64,000 nucleotides of DNA from a virus. Taxonomy: Duplodnaviria > Caudoviricetes. Position numbers and translations under genes: made by a program. The stretch covers positions 15,614 through 79,613 of the IMG/VR virus record IMGVR_UViG_3300017909_001210; one strand, given 5' to 3'. The notes beneath the pieces were generated by a model that saw only the letters and a list, made by a program, of their open reading frames with translations, was not told the DNA's origin and made no database searches. Below are positions 46,916 through 56,064 of this stretch, piece by piece (position 1 is the first letter of the stretch; each line of letters starts with the position of its first letter).

Positions 46916-48160
46916 ATGGATAAAAGAAGTTATGACAGAAGTGAATCGATTTCTATAGACGGAAAACCTTTTCACTTCACACCCGATAGGAAGGAATTCT
47001 TGGAAGCACTTTCCAAGACGTATCCCGAACAATCGGTTTTTACGAAGGAAGAAATTGAAACAGTGGGTTCATTCCCATATTGGGTCAAGTCTTCTAGATA
47101 CAATTTTAGAGACAATGGGGTATTTAATTTAACCCAAGTTCTCAGTGGATACAATGGTGGATATTCTGAAAATGAAGTTGTTCCTCCAGTTGCACCTCAA
47201 GTGGTTTCTATTGCACCACCAGTTGCTCCACAAAATATGCCAGTTGCCGCTGCGACTGAGTCTGTTAATCTGAATGACAATGTAAAAATCATTCCCGAGA
47301 AAATGTCTAACTATGTTCCTTTTGGACACTTCAAAGATGTCAAGAACATAATCAAGTCTAAAATCTTCTTCCCAGTATTCATTACTGGTTTGAGTGGTAA
47401 TGGTAAAACTCTTATGATTGAACAAACATGTGCTCAATTGAAGAGAGAACTTTTCAGAGTTAACATCACTATTGAGACTGATGAGGACGACCTAATGGGT
47501 GGTCACACTCTAGTCAATGGTAATGTAGTCTTCAGAGAAGGCCCTGTTATCAAAGCGATGAGAAAAGGTGCTGTCCTTCTCTTAGACGAAGTTGACTTAG
47601 GTTCTAACAAACTTATGTGTCTACAATCAGTTCTTGAAGGTAAAGGATACCTAATCAAGAAAACTGGTGAGTGGGTGACTCCAAAACAAGGTTTCACAAT
47701 TCTTGCAACTGCAAACACTAAAGGACAAGGTTCTGAAGATGGAAAGTTCATTGGAACTCAAATCATGAACGAAGCCATGTTGGAAAGGTTTGCAATCACA
47801 ATGCAACAAGAATATCCTCCAGTGACTACTGAGAGAAAAATTCTTTCAAAAGAAATGGAATTGACTGGTGAAGTTGATTCAGAGTTCGTGACCAAACTAG
47901 TAGATTGGGCAGACATAATCAGAAAAACCTTCTACGAAGGTGCGATTGATGACGTTGTCACTACTAGAAGACTGGTTCACATTGTGAATGCATACAGAAT
48001 GTTTGGTGACAAACTCAAGTCAATCCAAATGTGTATTTCAAGGTTTGACGAAGAAACTAGAAATAGTATCCTCGACCTTTACACTAAGATTGACGCAGGT
48101 GTCGATTTAAATGAGGAAAACCCAGTTGACGAAACTGAAACCTCAGAGTATAATAATTAA
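46916..48160 (+). CDS. MoxR-type AAA+ ATPase (phage CobS-like)
   Basis: GLSGNGKT, LLLDEVD, ATANTKG, AMLERF; SD AAGGAG favours ATG 46916. Confidence 0.88.
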   Translation: MDKRSYDRSESISIDGKPFHFTPDRKEFLEALSKTYPEQSVFTKEEIETVGSFPYWVKSSRYNFRDNGVFNLTQVLSGYNGGYSENEVVPPVAPQVVSIAPPVAPQNMPVAAATESVNLNDNVKIIPEKMSNYVPFGHFKDVKNIIKSKIFFPVFITGLSGNGKTLMIEQTCAQLKRELFRVNITIETDEDDLMGGHTLVNGNVVFREGPVIKAMRKGAVLLLDEVDLGSNKLMCLQSVLEGKGYLIKKTGEWVTPKQGFTILATANTKGQGSEDGKFIGTQIMNEAMLERFAITMQQEYPPVTTERKILSKEMELTGEVDSEFVTKLVDWADIIRKTFYEGAIDDVVTTRRLVHIVNAYRMFGDKLKSIQMCISRFDEETRNSILDLYTKIDAGVDLNEENPVDETETSEYNN

Positions 48161-48161
48161 T

Positions 48162-48461
48162 ATGTTTGGAAAAAACAAGAAGATTGATTACAAATATAAC
48201 GAGGGTGAACTCATTAAAGAGTTCTCCTCGTATATTGATTCGACTTACGACAAACATTACAGTTTAAACAAATACCAGTCCACTGAATTCATTATTGACA
48301 GTGGTCATGGGGAAGGTTTTTGTATCGGAAACATAATGAAATATGCACAAAGATACGGAAAAAAAGATGGTAAGAATAGAGCAGACCTTTTGAAGGTTTT
48401 ACATTATGGTCTATTCATGCTTCATGTTCACGATAAGGCAGAAAAGGAGGCTAAAAAGTGA
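48162..48461 (+). CDS. DUF3310-like protein
   Basis: KHY...GEGFCIGNIMKYAQRYGKKDG...DLLKVLHY; preceded by TTGACG-17-TATAAT. Confidence 0.7.
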   Translation: MFGKNKKIDYKYNEGELIKEFSSYIDSTYDKHYSLNKYQSTEFIIDSGHGEGFCIGNIMKYAQRYGKKDGKNRADLLKVLHYGLFMLHVHDKAEKEAKK

Positions 48462-49126
48462 TGAAAATTAGTAATGAAACAAGAGATGTGTTGAAGAACT
48501 TTTCAACAATCAACCAAGGTATAAAGGTTGGTCAAGGAAATACACTTCAGACAATCTCAAATATGAAAAATATTCTTGCAGTTGCAACTGTAGAAGAATC
48601 ATTCCCAACGGATTTTTCTATCTACAACTTACCCGAGTTTTTGGGTGCAACGTCTTTATTGGAAGACCCCGATTTTCAATTCGGTGATGCAAGTCTAACA
48701 GTTGCAGATAACAATTCAAGTCTTGCGTATTTCTATGCAAGTGAAGGTATGGTGACTGCACCCGAGAAAATGATAACAATGCCTGATGCAGAAATTGGTA
48801 TTGATATCTCATCTACACTATTGAATGAGTTGCAGAAAGCAGCTAGTGTGTTAGGTGTTGGTGATTTGGTTTTAAGTTCAGACGGAACTACAATCAAATT
48901 GGAAGTGACAGATAAGAAGAATACAACTTCAAACACATTCTCAAGAATCGTGGGTGAAGGAAATGGTGTTTCATACACTATGAACTTTAAGATTGAGAAC
49001 CTTAAAGTGTTAGATGGAAACTATGAAGTCTTAGTTTCGTCTAAAGGTATTTCACACTTCAAGAACAAAGATATTGACTTGGAGTATTTTATTGCATTGG
49101 AGCCTGATTCTAAATACAATGTTTAA
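48458..49126 (+). CDS. gp45: Sliding clamp gp45
   Basis: VLKNFSTINQGI...FSIYNLPEFL...YFIALEPDS. Confidence 0.94.
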   Translation: MMKISNETRDVLKNFSTINQGIKVGQGNTLQTISNMKNILAVATVEESFPTDFSIYNLPEFLGATSLLEDPDFQFGDASLTVADNNSSLAYFYASEGMVTAPEKMITMPDAEIGIDISSTLLNELQKAASVLGVGDLVLSSDGTTIKLEVTDKKNTTSNTFSRIVGEGNGVSYTMNFKIENLKVLDGNYEVLVSSKGISHFKNKDIDLEYFIALEPDSKYNV

Positions 49127-49240
49127 CCTATATACTAGTGTAAGTATTGTGCCAGCCTTTTACAATGCATACGGGAGTAGTCCTTCTCATCAATCTTCAA
49201 GGGTGGATTACACTGTAGTTTCGGAGGGGATTCTGCAACC

Positions 49241-50185
49241 ATGAGTGAATTTTTATTCGTAGAAAAGTATCGTCCTCAAACAATTGAGGACACGATACTA
49301 CCTCAGAGTCTTAAAGACACATTCAAAGAATTCGTCAATCAAGGTGAGATACCCAATCTTATGTTATGTGGTTCTGCTGGTGTAGGTAAAACTACAGTTG
49401 CAAAAGCATTATGTAATGAAATGGGTGCAGACTTTATCGTTATCAATGGTTCTGATGAAGGTAGATTGATTGATACACTGAGAACCAAAATCAAAAACTT
49501 TGCATCTACAGTATCCCTAAGTGGTGGTGCAAAGGTTGTGATACTGGACGAAGCAGATTATATTTCTGCAGACTCAGTTCAACCTGCGTTGAGAAACTTT
49601 ATTGAAGAGTTCTCTTCTAACTGTAGATTCATATTCACTTGTAATTACAAGAATAGAATAATCAAACCACTACATTCAAGAACAACTGTAATAGATTTTA
49701 AACTAACACCAAAAGACAAACAAACACTTGCTGGTGTTTTCCTTACAAGACTCAAAGAGATTTGTGATTTGGAAGATATCAAATATGACGAAAAGGTTTT
49801 GGTAGAACTTATTCTAAAGTTCTTCCCCGATTTCAGAAGGTGTATCAATGAAGTGCAACGTTATGGTGTTGGTGGTGTTATTGACACTGGTCTTATTGCA
49901 ACACTAGCCGAAGAGAAACTTACACCTCTCATTGATATGATTGCAGATAAGAACTGGAAAGGAATGAGAACGTGGGTTGGACAGAATAGTGATAATGATT
50001 TTGATACACTATATAGAAAGGTTTTTAATGCATTGGAACAAAGACTAGAACCTTCTAGTGTTCCAGCTGCAGTTCTTTTTATTGCAGACTATCAATATAA
50101 GTCTGCCTTTGCAATGGATTCAGAAATTAATTTCGTTGCATGTTTAACAGAAATTATGTCGGAGTGTAAATTCAAAAATGGATAA
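49241..50185 (+). CDS. gp44: Clamp loader large subunit gp44
   Basis: FVEKYRPQTI, GSAGVGKTT, VILDEADY, PLHSR. Confidence 0.96.
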   Translation: MSEFLFVEKYRPQTIEDTILPQSLKDTFKEFVNQGEIPNLMLCGSAGVGKTTVAKALCNEMGADFIVINGSDEGRLIDTLRTKIKNFASTVSLSGGAKVVILDEADYISADSVQPALRNFIEEFSSNCRFIFTCNYKNRIIKPLHSRTTVIDFKLTPKDKQTLAGVFLTRLKEICDLEDIKYDEKVLVELILKFFPDFRRCINEVQRYGVGGVIDTGLIATLAEEKLTPLIDMIADKNWKGMRTWVGQNSDNDFDTLYRKVFNALEQRLEPSSVPAAVLFIADYQYKSAFAMDSEINFVACLTEIMSECKFKNG

Positions 50186-50312
50186 ACTTAGAAAATGGTT
50201 TGATAAAATAGGAAAATGGTTTGACAAACGAATCGAAAAGTCTTTTCAAAGACAGGAAGATAGAATGTTTGATAAATCGAAAGTTAAATATAATGACGGA
50301 GATAATACATGA
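50178..50312 (+). CDS. Small hypothetical protein (44 aa; below cutoff)
   Basis: MDKLRKWFDKIGKWFDKRIEK...; fills the gap and has an ATGA overlap with the next ORF. Confidence 0.45.
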   Translation: MDKLRKWFDKIGKWFDKRIEKSFQRQEDRMFDKSKVKYNDGDNT

Positions 50313-50491
50313 AAGCTTTATTAAGTAAAGAAGATTACGAAACATTTACTGAGAAGGTGGACACTGCCTCAAGTAAAGGTGTATCAATCCCATATTCAGT
50401 TGAGTATGGTGGAACTGTAGGTGAACCCACTTTTGAAGTGACACTTCTTGACAAAAATCAAGATTTAGATTTATTGGATAAAATAACATGA
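50309..50491 (+). CDS. Hypothetical protein
   Basis: 60 aa, coupled ORF. Confidence 0.55.
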   Translation: MKALLSKEDYETFTEKVDTASSKGVSIPYSVEYGGTVGEPTFEVTLLDKNQDLDLLDKIT

Positions 50492-50757
50492 CACAATATG
50501 ATGATAAAGTTCAACGTCAAAGGGACATACTAAAAGCAGAAGAGTGGTCAAAACAAGTTAAATCAGTTCATGCACACTCAATTAGTTCAATGTTCTATGA
50601 CACTAGACCACAAGACACTGAAGACGGGAAATCTGTATTGGATATTCAATATAACAGTGGACTTGTTGAAAGAAAAACACATGATGGATATACAGTTTAC
50701 TTTGGAGAAGAACTCAAAGGTGATAAACTGTTAGACGAATATCTAAGAAATGTCTAA
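50488..50757 (+). CDS. Hypothetical protein
   Basis: 89 aa, coupled ORF. Confidence 0.55.
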   Translation: MTQYDDKVQRQRDILKAEEWSKQVKSVHAHSISSMFYDTRPQDTEDGKSVLDIQYNSGLVERKTHDGYTVYFGEELKGDKLLDEYLRNV

Positions 50758-51142
50758 ACGAAATCCTTTTGATTTTGTAAAGTCGGTCTCTTACGACAAA
50801 AAAGATATCATGGTTGATGATATCGAAGAGAAAGCATATCAACCATTCTTAACTAACAAAGCATTATCTTATCACCAAGATTCTGTTTTTCTTACTAACG
50901 AAATGAACGTCAGACACGGGGTGGACAATCGTCTTCAATACGTGTTTTTCCTAAATACTCTTAGGAAAAGACAAAGGTTTTCCAAGTGGAGTAAACCCTA
51001 TGTTAGTAAAAAACTCGATACTTTAAAAGAGTATTATCAGATATCAACGAGAGAGGCAAAAGAGTATGTCAACTTGCTATCTGAGAAACAATATCGTGAA
51101 TTGAAAAACAAAATGAAAACTGGTGGTAAAGATGATAGATGA
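50750..51142 (+). CDS. gp62: Clamp loader small subunit gp62
   Basis: NPFDFVKSV...YQPFLTNKALSYHQD...QYVFFLNTLRKRQRFSKW. Confidence 0.92.
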   Translation: MSKRNPFDFVKSVSYDKKDIMVDDIEEKAYQPFLTNKALSYHQDSVFLTNEMNVRHGVDNRLQYVFFLNTLRKRQRFSKWSKPYVSKKLDTLKEYYQISTREAKEYVNLLSEKQYRELKNKMKTGGKDDR

Positions 51143-51545
51143 CCAAGATAATATAGTCAAAGACCTAGTAGAGGTCACATTTCCCGAAAAAGAGGACTTT
51201 TTAAAAATAAGAGAAACACTATCTAGAATTGGTGTGGCTTCTCGTAAAGATAAAGAACTTTTCCAATCATGTCATATACTTCACAAACGTGGTAAGTATT
51301 ATATAACACATTTCAAAGAATTATTTTTGTTAGACGGGAAACCTTCTAACTTAGACGAATCAGATATTGCAAGACGGAACACTATAGTGTCACTTTTGGA
51401 ACAATGGAACCTAGTGTCAGTAGTTCATGCGCACCAAGTATCTGAACCCAAAGCACCCTTAAGTCAGATAAAAATCATTCCATTTAGAGAAAAAAACGAG
51501 TGGAAATTGACAACAAAATACTCAATTGGGTCAAATAATACCTAA
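51123..51545 (+). CDS. regA: Translational repressor RegA
   Basis: EDFLKIRETLSRIGVASRKDKELFQSCHILHKRGKYYITHFKELF. Confidence 0.96.
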   Translation: MVKMIDDQDNIVKDLVEVTFPEKEDFLKIRETLSRIGVASRKDKELFQSCHILHKRGKYYITHFKELFLLDGKPSNLDESDIARRNTIVSLLEQWNLVSVVHAHQVSEPKAPLSQIKIIPFREKNEWKLTTKYSIGSNNT

Positions 51546-51577
51546 ATATAGGGATTATAAATATAACAGGAGGAACT

Positions 51578-51784
51578 ATGTTCTCAGCTATCATAGATTT
51601 CATTATGGGAATTTGGAATTTACTTATGGTAATTCCAGTGGTAATATCAATCTGTAGTGTGATTGTTGCTTTAACACCAACACCAGCAGACGATAAAGTT
51701 TGGGCTAAAGTGTATAAATGGTTAGAAGTCCTTGCACTTGCAATAGGTAAAGCAAAAGACAAAAACCCATTGTTAGATAAATAA
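51578..51784 (+). CDS. Small membrane protein, holin-like (tentative)
   Basis: TM helix then LTPTPADDK motif seen in small phage membrane proteins. Confidence 0.4.
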   Translation: MFSAIIDFIMGIWNLLMVIPVVISICSVIVALTPTPADDKVWAKVYKWLEVLALAIGKAKDKNPLLDK

Positions 51785-51801
51785 ATTAGAGGTATATAAT
51801 T

Positions 51802-52041
51802 ATGGAAATTATAGGAATTATAGTAGCAGTATTAGTAGTTGCTTACTTTATTTCAAACAACAAAAAAGATAAAAAGGTAAATGTTGAAGCACCAGTTTCA
51901 ACACCTAAAAAACCAAGTGTTGCAGAACTAAAGAAGTTAACTAAGAACCAACTGATTGAACTTGCAGAGAAGAAAAATCTAAAAGTTAAGAAGAGTGGTG
52001 CTAAAGCTGCAGTTATTTCAGAAATTCGTGACCAACTTTAA
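51802..52041 (+). CDS. N-terminal TM anchor plus helix-extension-helix (Rho-N/SAP-like) domain
   Basis: MEIIGIIVAVLVVAYFI then ELKKLTKNQLIELAEKKNLKVKKSGAKAAVISEI. Confidence 0.55.
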   Translation: MEIIGIIVAVLVVAYFISNNKKDKKVNVEAPVSTPKKPSVAELKKLTKNQLIELAEKKNLKVKKSGAKAAVISEIRDQL

Positions 52042-52064
52042 TTAGTTGACAAAAAATCATTTTA

Positions 52065-52086
52065 GGGGGACAGTGTCCCCCTTTTT
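52065..52086 (+). terminator. Rho-independent terminator
   Basis: GGGGGAC-AGT-GTCCCCC-TTTTT. Confidence 0.8.
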
Positions 52087-52088
52087 AT

Positions 52089-52096
52089 TATAAATA
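52089..52096 (+). promoter_or_regulatory. T4-type late promoter heading the curli-like operon
   Basis: Exact TATAAATA just after the terminator, 6 nt before ATG 52103. Confidence 0.75.
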
Positions 52097-52102
52097 GAAG
52101 GT

Positions 52103-52399
52103 ATGGAAGAAGTATTTAATTTGATAGGTGACGTTGGAGTTCCCATTGCAATGGCATTAGTAATGGGATTCTTTATATTCATGGTCATCAAACAAATCTT
52201 CGAAGGAATAGTCGATAATATAAAGACACTTACAATGTTTTGTGAATCGTTAGAAAATCGTGCAAGAACAATGTCTAACGAAATGATAAAGATTGATATG
52301 CTAGTGTCAAGTGCATTAGAGTTAAGACCTGATATAGAGAGAGTTGCAAGAGCAGAGAACTTTATAGAAGACGGGAAACTTGATGTAAGAAGGGATTAA
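52103..52399 (+). CDS. Single-TM membrane protein with coiled coil
   Basis: DVGVPIAMALVMGFFIFMVI TM. Confidence 0.6.
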   Translation: MEEVFNLIGDVGVPIAMALVMGFFIFMVIKQIFEGIVDNIKTLTMFCESLENRARTMSNEMIKIDMLVSSALELRPDIERVARAENFIEDGKLDVRRD

Positions 52400-52400
52400 C

Positions 52401-52685
52401 ATGGAAGCCGAAGTCCCCTTAATTGTCGAACTAATAACCGATTACGGATTCCCAGTTGTTATGATGGTAGGACTAGGATATTTCGTATATTATGTATGGT
52501 GGTTTATTGGTGAAAAGATAGACCCCGAAATTGAAAAAATGCATTTTGCACTAATCCGAGTAATTGACCAAACTAGAATGTTAGACCAAGACCTCATACG
52601 TCTTAAAGAAAAAGTTGACGTAGTTCTAGAATATCGTGAAAATGAAAAGAAAAAGATTTCGGCTAAAACCATTAATAATGATTAA
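52401..52685 (+). CDS. Single-TM membrane protein with coiled coil (paralogue-like of the previous gene)
   Basis: DYGFPVVMMVGLGYFVYYVW TM. Confidence 0.6.
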   Translation: MEAEVPLIVELITDYGFPVVMMVGLGYFVYYVWWFIGEKIDPEIEKMHFALIRVIDQTRMLDQDLIRLKEKVDVVLEYRENEKKKISAKTINND

Positions 52686-53175
52686 ATATATTTTACCAAT
52701 TTGTTTTATTTCAATTTTACTATCATTCCAAGTTCACGGAACAGAGATAGTTCACAAGTTTAAAAACCCTTCATTCTCAGGTATCGGAACGGGTGCTCAT
52801 TATCTTACAATTGAGAACCAAGAGTCTAGCCGTAAGAAAGCAATAGAGGACGCATTAGAATCTGCAAGGAAAGCAGCTGAGAGAGAAGCAGAGAATACAA
52901 CCCTAGCAAAATTTATTAGGAACCTCGAAAGCAGAATTTACGCACAATTTGCAAAACAATTAGTTGAATCAATGTTTGCAAATGATAATCCTGCTGGTTT
53001 CGGGTCATTCATATTAGAAGGAAACACTATAACATGGGAAGTAGTCACCGATGAAACGGGTGCTGAGTTTATTAAACTTACAGTTGTTGCAGAGGACGGA
53101 ACTTCTACAGTTATAGAAATCCCAGTCGGAACGGGTAATTTTGCTCAAGACCCTGATGGTGGTTCAGGTGGTTAA
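52678..53175 (+). CDS. csgF: Curli assembly protein CsgF-like
   Basis: Signal peptide, then EIVHKFKNPSFSG...HYLTIENQE matching the CsgF N-terminal (LxFxFxNPxFGG) peptide; probable start ATG 52678. Confidence 0.75.
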   Translation: MIKYILPICFISILLSFQVHGTEIVHKFKNPSFSGIGTGAHYLTIENQESSRKKAIEDALESARKAAEREAENTTLAKFIRNLESRIYAQFAKQLVESMFANDNPAGFGSFILEGNTITWEVVTDETGAEFIKLTVVAEDGTSTVIEIPVGTGNFAQDPDGGSGG

Positions 53176-54070
53176 GTATTTACTTGCACTAACCCTTCTA
53201 ATAAGTGGTTGTGCGTCAGTCCCAAAGTTCACGGAAACACCCCAAGATTGTAGAAACTGGGAACAAGGTGTCCGTAAGGATATGATAACTGGAATTAAGA
53301 AACCAGTCACAAGAGATTATATTTGTGTAGAGTTTCCCGAAGTTGTCAAATTACCTTCGTATGTAGAGTTATTAAACCTTCCACCTGCGGAAGAACGACC
53401 AATTGTTGCAGTATATACTTTTAACGATAAAACTGGTCAAAGAAAAGCAAGAGAGGGAATCGCAGACTTCTCGACTGCAGTCACCCAAGGTGGTGTCGAA
53501 ATGGTTATCGATGCACTTAAGACTGCTGGAGGTGGAACTTGGTTTAGAGTTGTAGAACGAAATGGAATCGATGCGTTGGTTCGAGAAAGACAAATCATTC
53601 GTTCTGCAAGACAAGATTTTGCGAAAATTTCAGGGGAAGACCCCAAAGGAGTTCAACCATTATTATTTGCTGGAATTATAATTGAAGGTGGAATAATAGG
53701 GTATGATACTAATATTCAAACTGGAGGCTCAGGCGCAAGAACCCTCGGTATTGGATTTAGTCAACAATATCGTCAAGATGTTGTGACCATTTCAATGAGA
53801 GCAGTTAGTGTTCTCACTGGAGAGGTATTACTTAATGTTCAAACTCGGAAGTCTATACTATCCGTTGGTGGAGGTGGTGACATATTTAAATTTGTCGAAC
53901 AAGGAACCCAACTAGTAGAGATTGAAGACGGAGTGGGAAATAATGAATCAGTGACTTACGCAGTAAGGACTGCTATTGAAGCAGCCGTGCTGGAATTAGT
54001 ATACCAAGGCCATGAACGTGGTTATTGGAAAATAAAAGAGGTAGAAAACGAAAATGAAGAAACTAATTAG
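53141..54070 (+). CDS. csgG: Curli secretion pore lipoprotein CsgG-like
   Basis: Lipobox LLISGC; VAVYTFNDKTGQRK...STAVTQG...WFRVVERNGIDALVRERQIIR...IIEGGIIGYDTN; true start possibly GTG 53168. Confidence 0.9.
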   Translation: MLKTLMVVQVVKYLLALTLLISGCASVPKFTETPQDCRNWEQGVRKDMITGIKKPVTRDYICVEFPEVVKLPSYVELLNLPPAEERPIVAVYTFNDKTGQRKAREGIADFSTAVTQGGVEMVIDALKTAGGGTWFRVVERNGIDALVRERQIIRSARQDFAKISGEDPKGVQPLLFAGIIIEGGIIGYDTNIQTGGSGARTLGIGFSQQYRQDVVTISMRAVSVLTGEVLLNVQTRKSILSVGGGGDIFKFVEQGTQLVEIEDGVGNNESVTYAVRTAIEAAVLELVYQGHERGYWKIKEVENENEETN

Positions 54071-54794
54071 TTTAGGATTATTATCCTTAATGTCGACAAC
54101 ATTCCTTTTCGCACAAGCCACTGATGACAATGAAATCAAGATTACACAAACTGGTGACACTCTTGATTTATACATAGACCAAATTGGATTCGGTAATAAG
54201 ATAGGGGGAGATAATGGGTCTTCGGGTTCACTATCTGCAATGAGTATTACTGGTTCTACTTTGGACTTTGATTTGGATTTTACAGGAAATAGCAACGTCC
54301 TATTCGGGCCAGTTGTTGCTGATAGTTCTGTTTATAAGTTAGACTTCACTGGAGATTCTAACAGTATAGACTGGAATATTGGATACCTAGGAAGTGCAGA
54401 TTCATCAGACATAAACTTTGACGTGACTGGAAGTAGTAATACTTTCGACCTCGACCAAGGTTATTTCTTTAGTGCAGAAAGGTTAGACGCAGACTTAATA
54501 CTAATCGGTAGTTCAAATGTTTTTGACGTTGATTGGGAAAGTGACGATATAACTTGGAACTTCGATATTACTGGAGGTTCTAACAATGTTAATACATTAC
54601 AAAACGATGGTGAACAGTCTTTAACGTTTACACTTAACGGAGATAGTGCAGACGTAGACATAAACCAAATTTCAGGAACTTGTGCAGCTTCCGTGACTGG
54701 TTGCTCATCACCTGATGCAATTATTACATTGGATATAACAAGTGACAATGCAACAATTCAAATCAATCAAAAAGATTCATCTAGCGATTCTTAA
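54054..54794 (+). CDS. Secreted curlin-repeat-like protein (CsgA/CsgB-like)
   Basis: Signal peptide; NEIKITQTG, DQIGFGN and recurrent TG-x-SN turns about every 23-28 aa. Confidence 0.6.
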   Translation: MKKLISLGLLSLMSTTFLFAQATDDNEIKITQTGDTLDLYIDQIGFGNKIGGDNGSSGSLSAMSITGSTLDFDLDFTGNSNVLFGPVVADSSVYKLDFTGDSNSIDWNIGYLGSADSSDINFDVTGSSNTFDLDQGYFFSAERLDADLILIGSSNVFDVDWESDDITWNFDITGGSNNVNTLQNDGEQSLTFTLNGDSADVDINQISGTCAASVTGCSSPDAIITLDITSDNATIQINQKDSSSDS

Positions 54795-55896
54795 TTTGTT
54801 GTTATTCAGTGGGGTTGCATTCAGTGACCCCATTGGAGATATCGTAGAGTCTATCGGACTCGGAAAAATTACACGTCAAAATACAGATTTCATATCACCT
54901 GAAGTAGGTTATGATATTGAATTGTATGACGTTGCAGAAACAGTAAACGGAAGAATGAAGATTGAGTTCTTGGACGAAGAAGAACTTGATTTAATTGAAC
55001 ACACTATCGTATACATTGACGAAGTGTATTATGACCCCAATCCGTCCAAATCAAAAATGGCTATGAGAATGGTTCAAGGGACGGCACGATTTGCTTCAGG
55101 TCAAGGTAAAAAAATAAAGAAAGCAAATATAGACATATCAACACCGACAGCACAAATTGCAATTAACGGAACAGATTTCACAACTACAGTTGACGAGCTA
55201 GGAAGAACACTCGTTATACTTTTGCCTGACGAAGACGGAATTACACCTTCAGGTGAGATTAGAGTTTATAATGAAGGAGGTGAAACTATACTGAATAAGG
55301 CATATCAAGCAACAATGGTATCAAGTGTTGACCAACCACCAACAGGTTCAGTAGTAATTAATAACCTAACAACTTCAATGATTGACAATATGTTTATCGT
55401 CAATCCACCAACAGAGATTAAAGAACAAATAGAAGAGGAAGCACAAGACGACCAAAATCAAGACCAAGGAATACTAGACGTAGACTTCTTAGAATTCAAT
55501 GAGTTAGAAGGAGATGCACTTGAAGATACACTTGAAGACGACTTCACTGAATTAGATATAGACTTACTAGACGTAGACTTTCTCACCGATTTACTAGACG
55601 TAGTAGAGGAATTAGAAAGGACAACAGTTAAATTAGGAGATGCACAAAAGAAAGGTGGTGCTGGTGACTTTGATTTACAAGGTGCCGTGATAGGATTTAA
55701 CAAAGATTCACAATATAATGTTTTTGTGCAAGACGGAGATTTATATCTTTTCAGAAATGTAAATGGTGTGATTGAAATTATCATTACACAAGGTGGAAGT
55801 GGATTTATTGAAACAAATGTCGAAGGTTATCAGGGTATCATAGAATTCGGAAATGGTGACCCAAGTATACGTATCTTTATCAATCAATCCAACTAA
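54742..55896 (+). CDS. FecR-domain periplasmic protein with acidic C-terminal region
   Basis: Signal peptide; ETVNGRMKIEFLDEEELDLIEHT and ISTPTAQIAINGTDF FecR-type motifs. Confidence 0.75.
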   Translation: MTMQQFKSIKKIHLAILNLLLFSGVAFSDPIGDIVESIGLGKITRQNTDFISPEVGYDIELYDVAETVNGRMKIEFLDEEELDLIEHTIVYIDEVYYDPNPSKSKMAMRMVQGTARFASGQGKKIKKANIDISTPTAQIAINGTDFTTTVDELGRTLVILLPDEDGITPSGEIRVYNEGGETILNKAYQATMVSSVDQPPTGSVVINNLTTSMIDNMFIVNPPTEIKEQIEEEAQDDQNQDQGILDVDFLEFNELEGDALEDTLEDDFTELDIDLLDVDFLTDLLDVVEELERTTVKLGDAQKKGGAGDFDLQGAVIGFNKDSQYNVFVQDGDLYLFRNVNGVIEIIITQGGSGFIETNVEGYQGIIEFGNGDPSIRIFINQSN

Positions 55897-55917
55897 ATAA
55901 TACATAGGAGGCAACTT

Positions 55918-56064
55918 ATGGATATTTTATCAAAAGTCTTTAAGTGGCATGAGAGAAGAACCGAATGGTGGTTAAACGAATTCGGAATTTCTCAATATCA
56001 AGCTATGTGGTTTGCATGGTGTAAAGGTATATTAACAATATTAATATTACAATGGATATTTTAA
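55918..56064 (+). CDS. Small Trp-rich membrane peptide (48 aa; below cutoff)
   Basis: SD AGGAGG; MDILSKVFKWHERRTEWWLNEFGISQYQAMWFAWCKGILTILILQWIF. Confidence 0.6.
   Translation: MDILSKVFKWHERRTEWWLNEFGISQYQAMWFAWCKGILTILILQWIF

Noticed and set aside
44240-48160. Cobalamin biosynthesis (cobS/cobT) auxiliary genes
   Set aside because: Generic MoxR/VWA architecture with a peptidase motif, and no cobN or other cob genes in the window.
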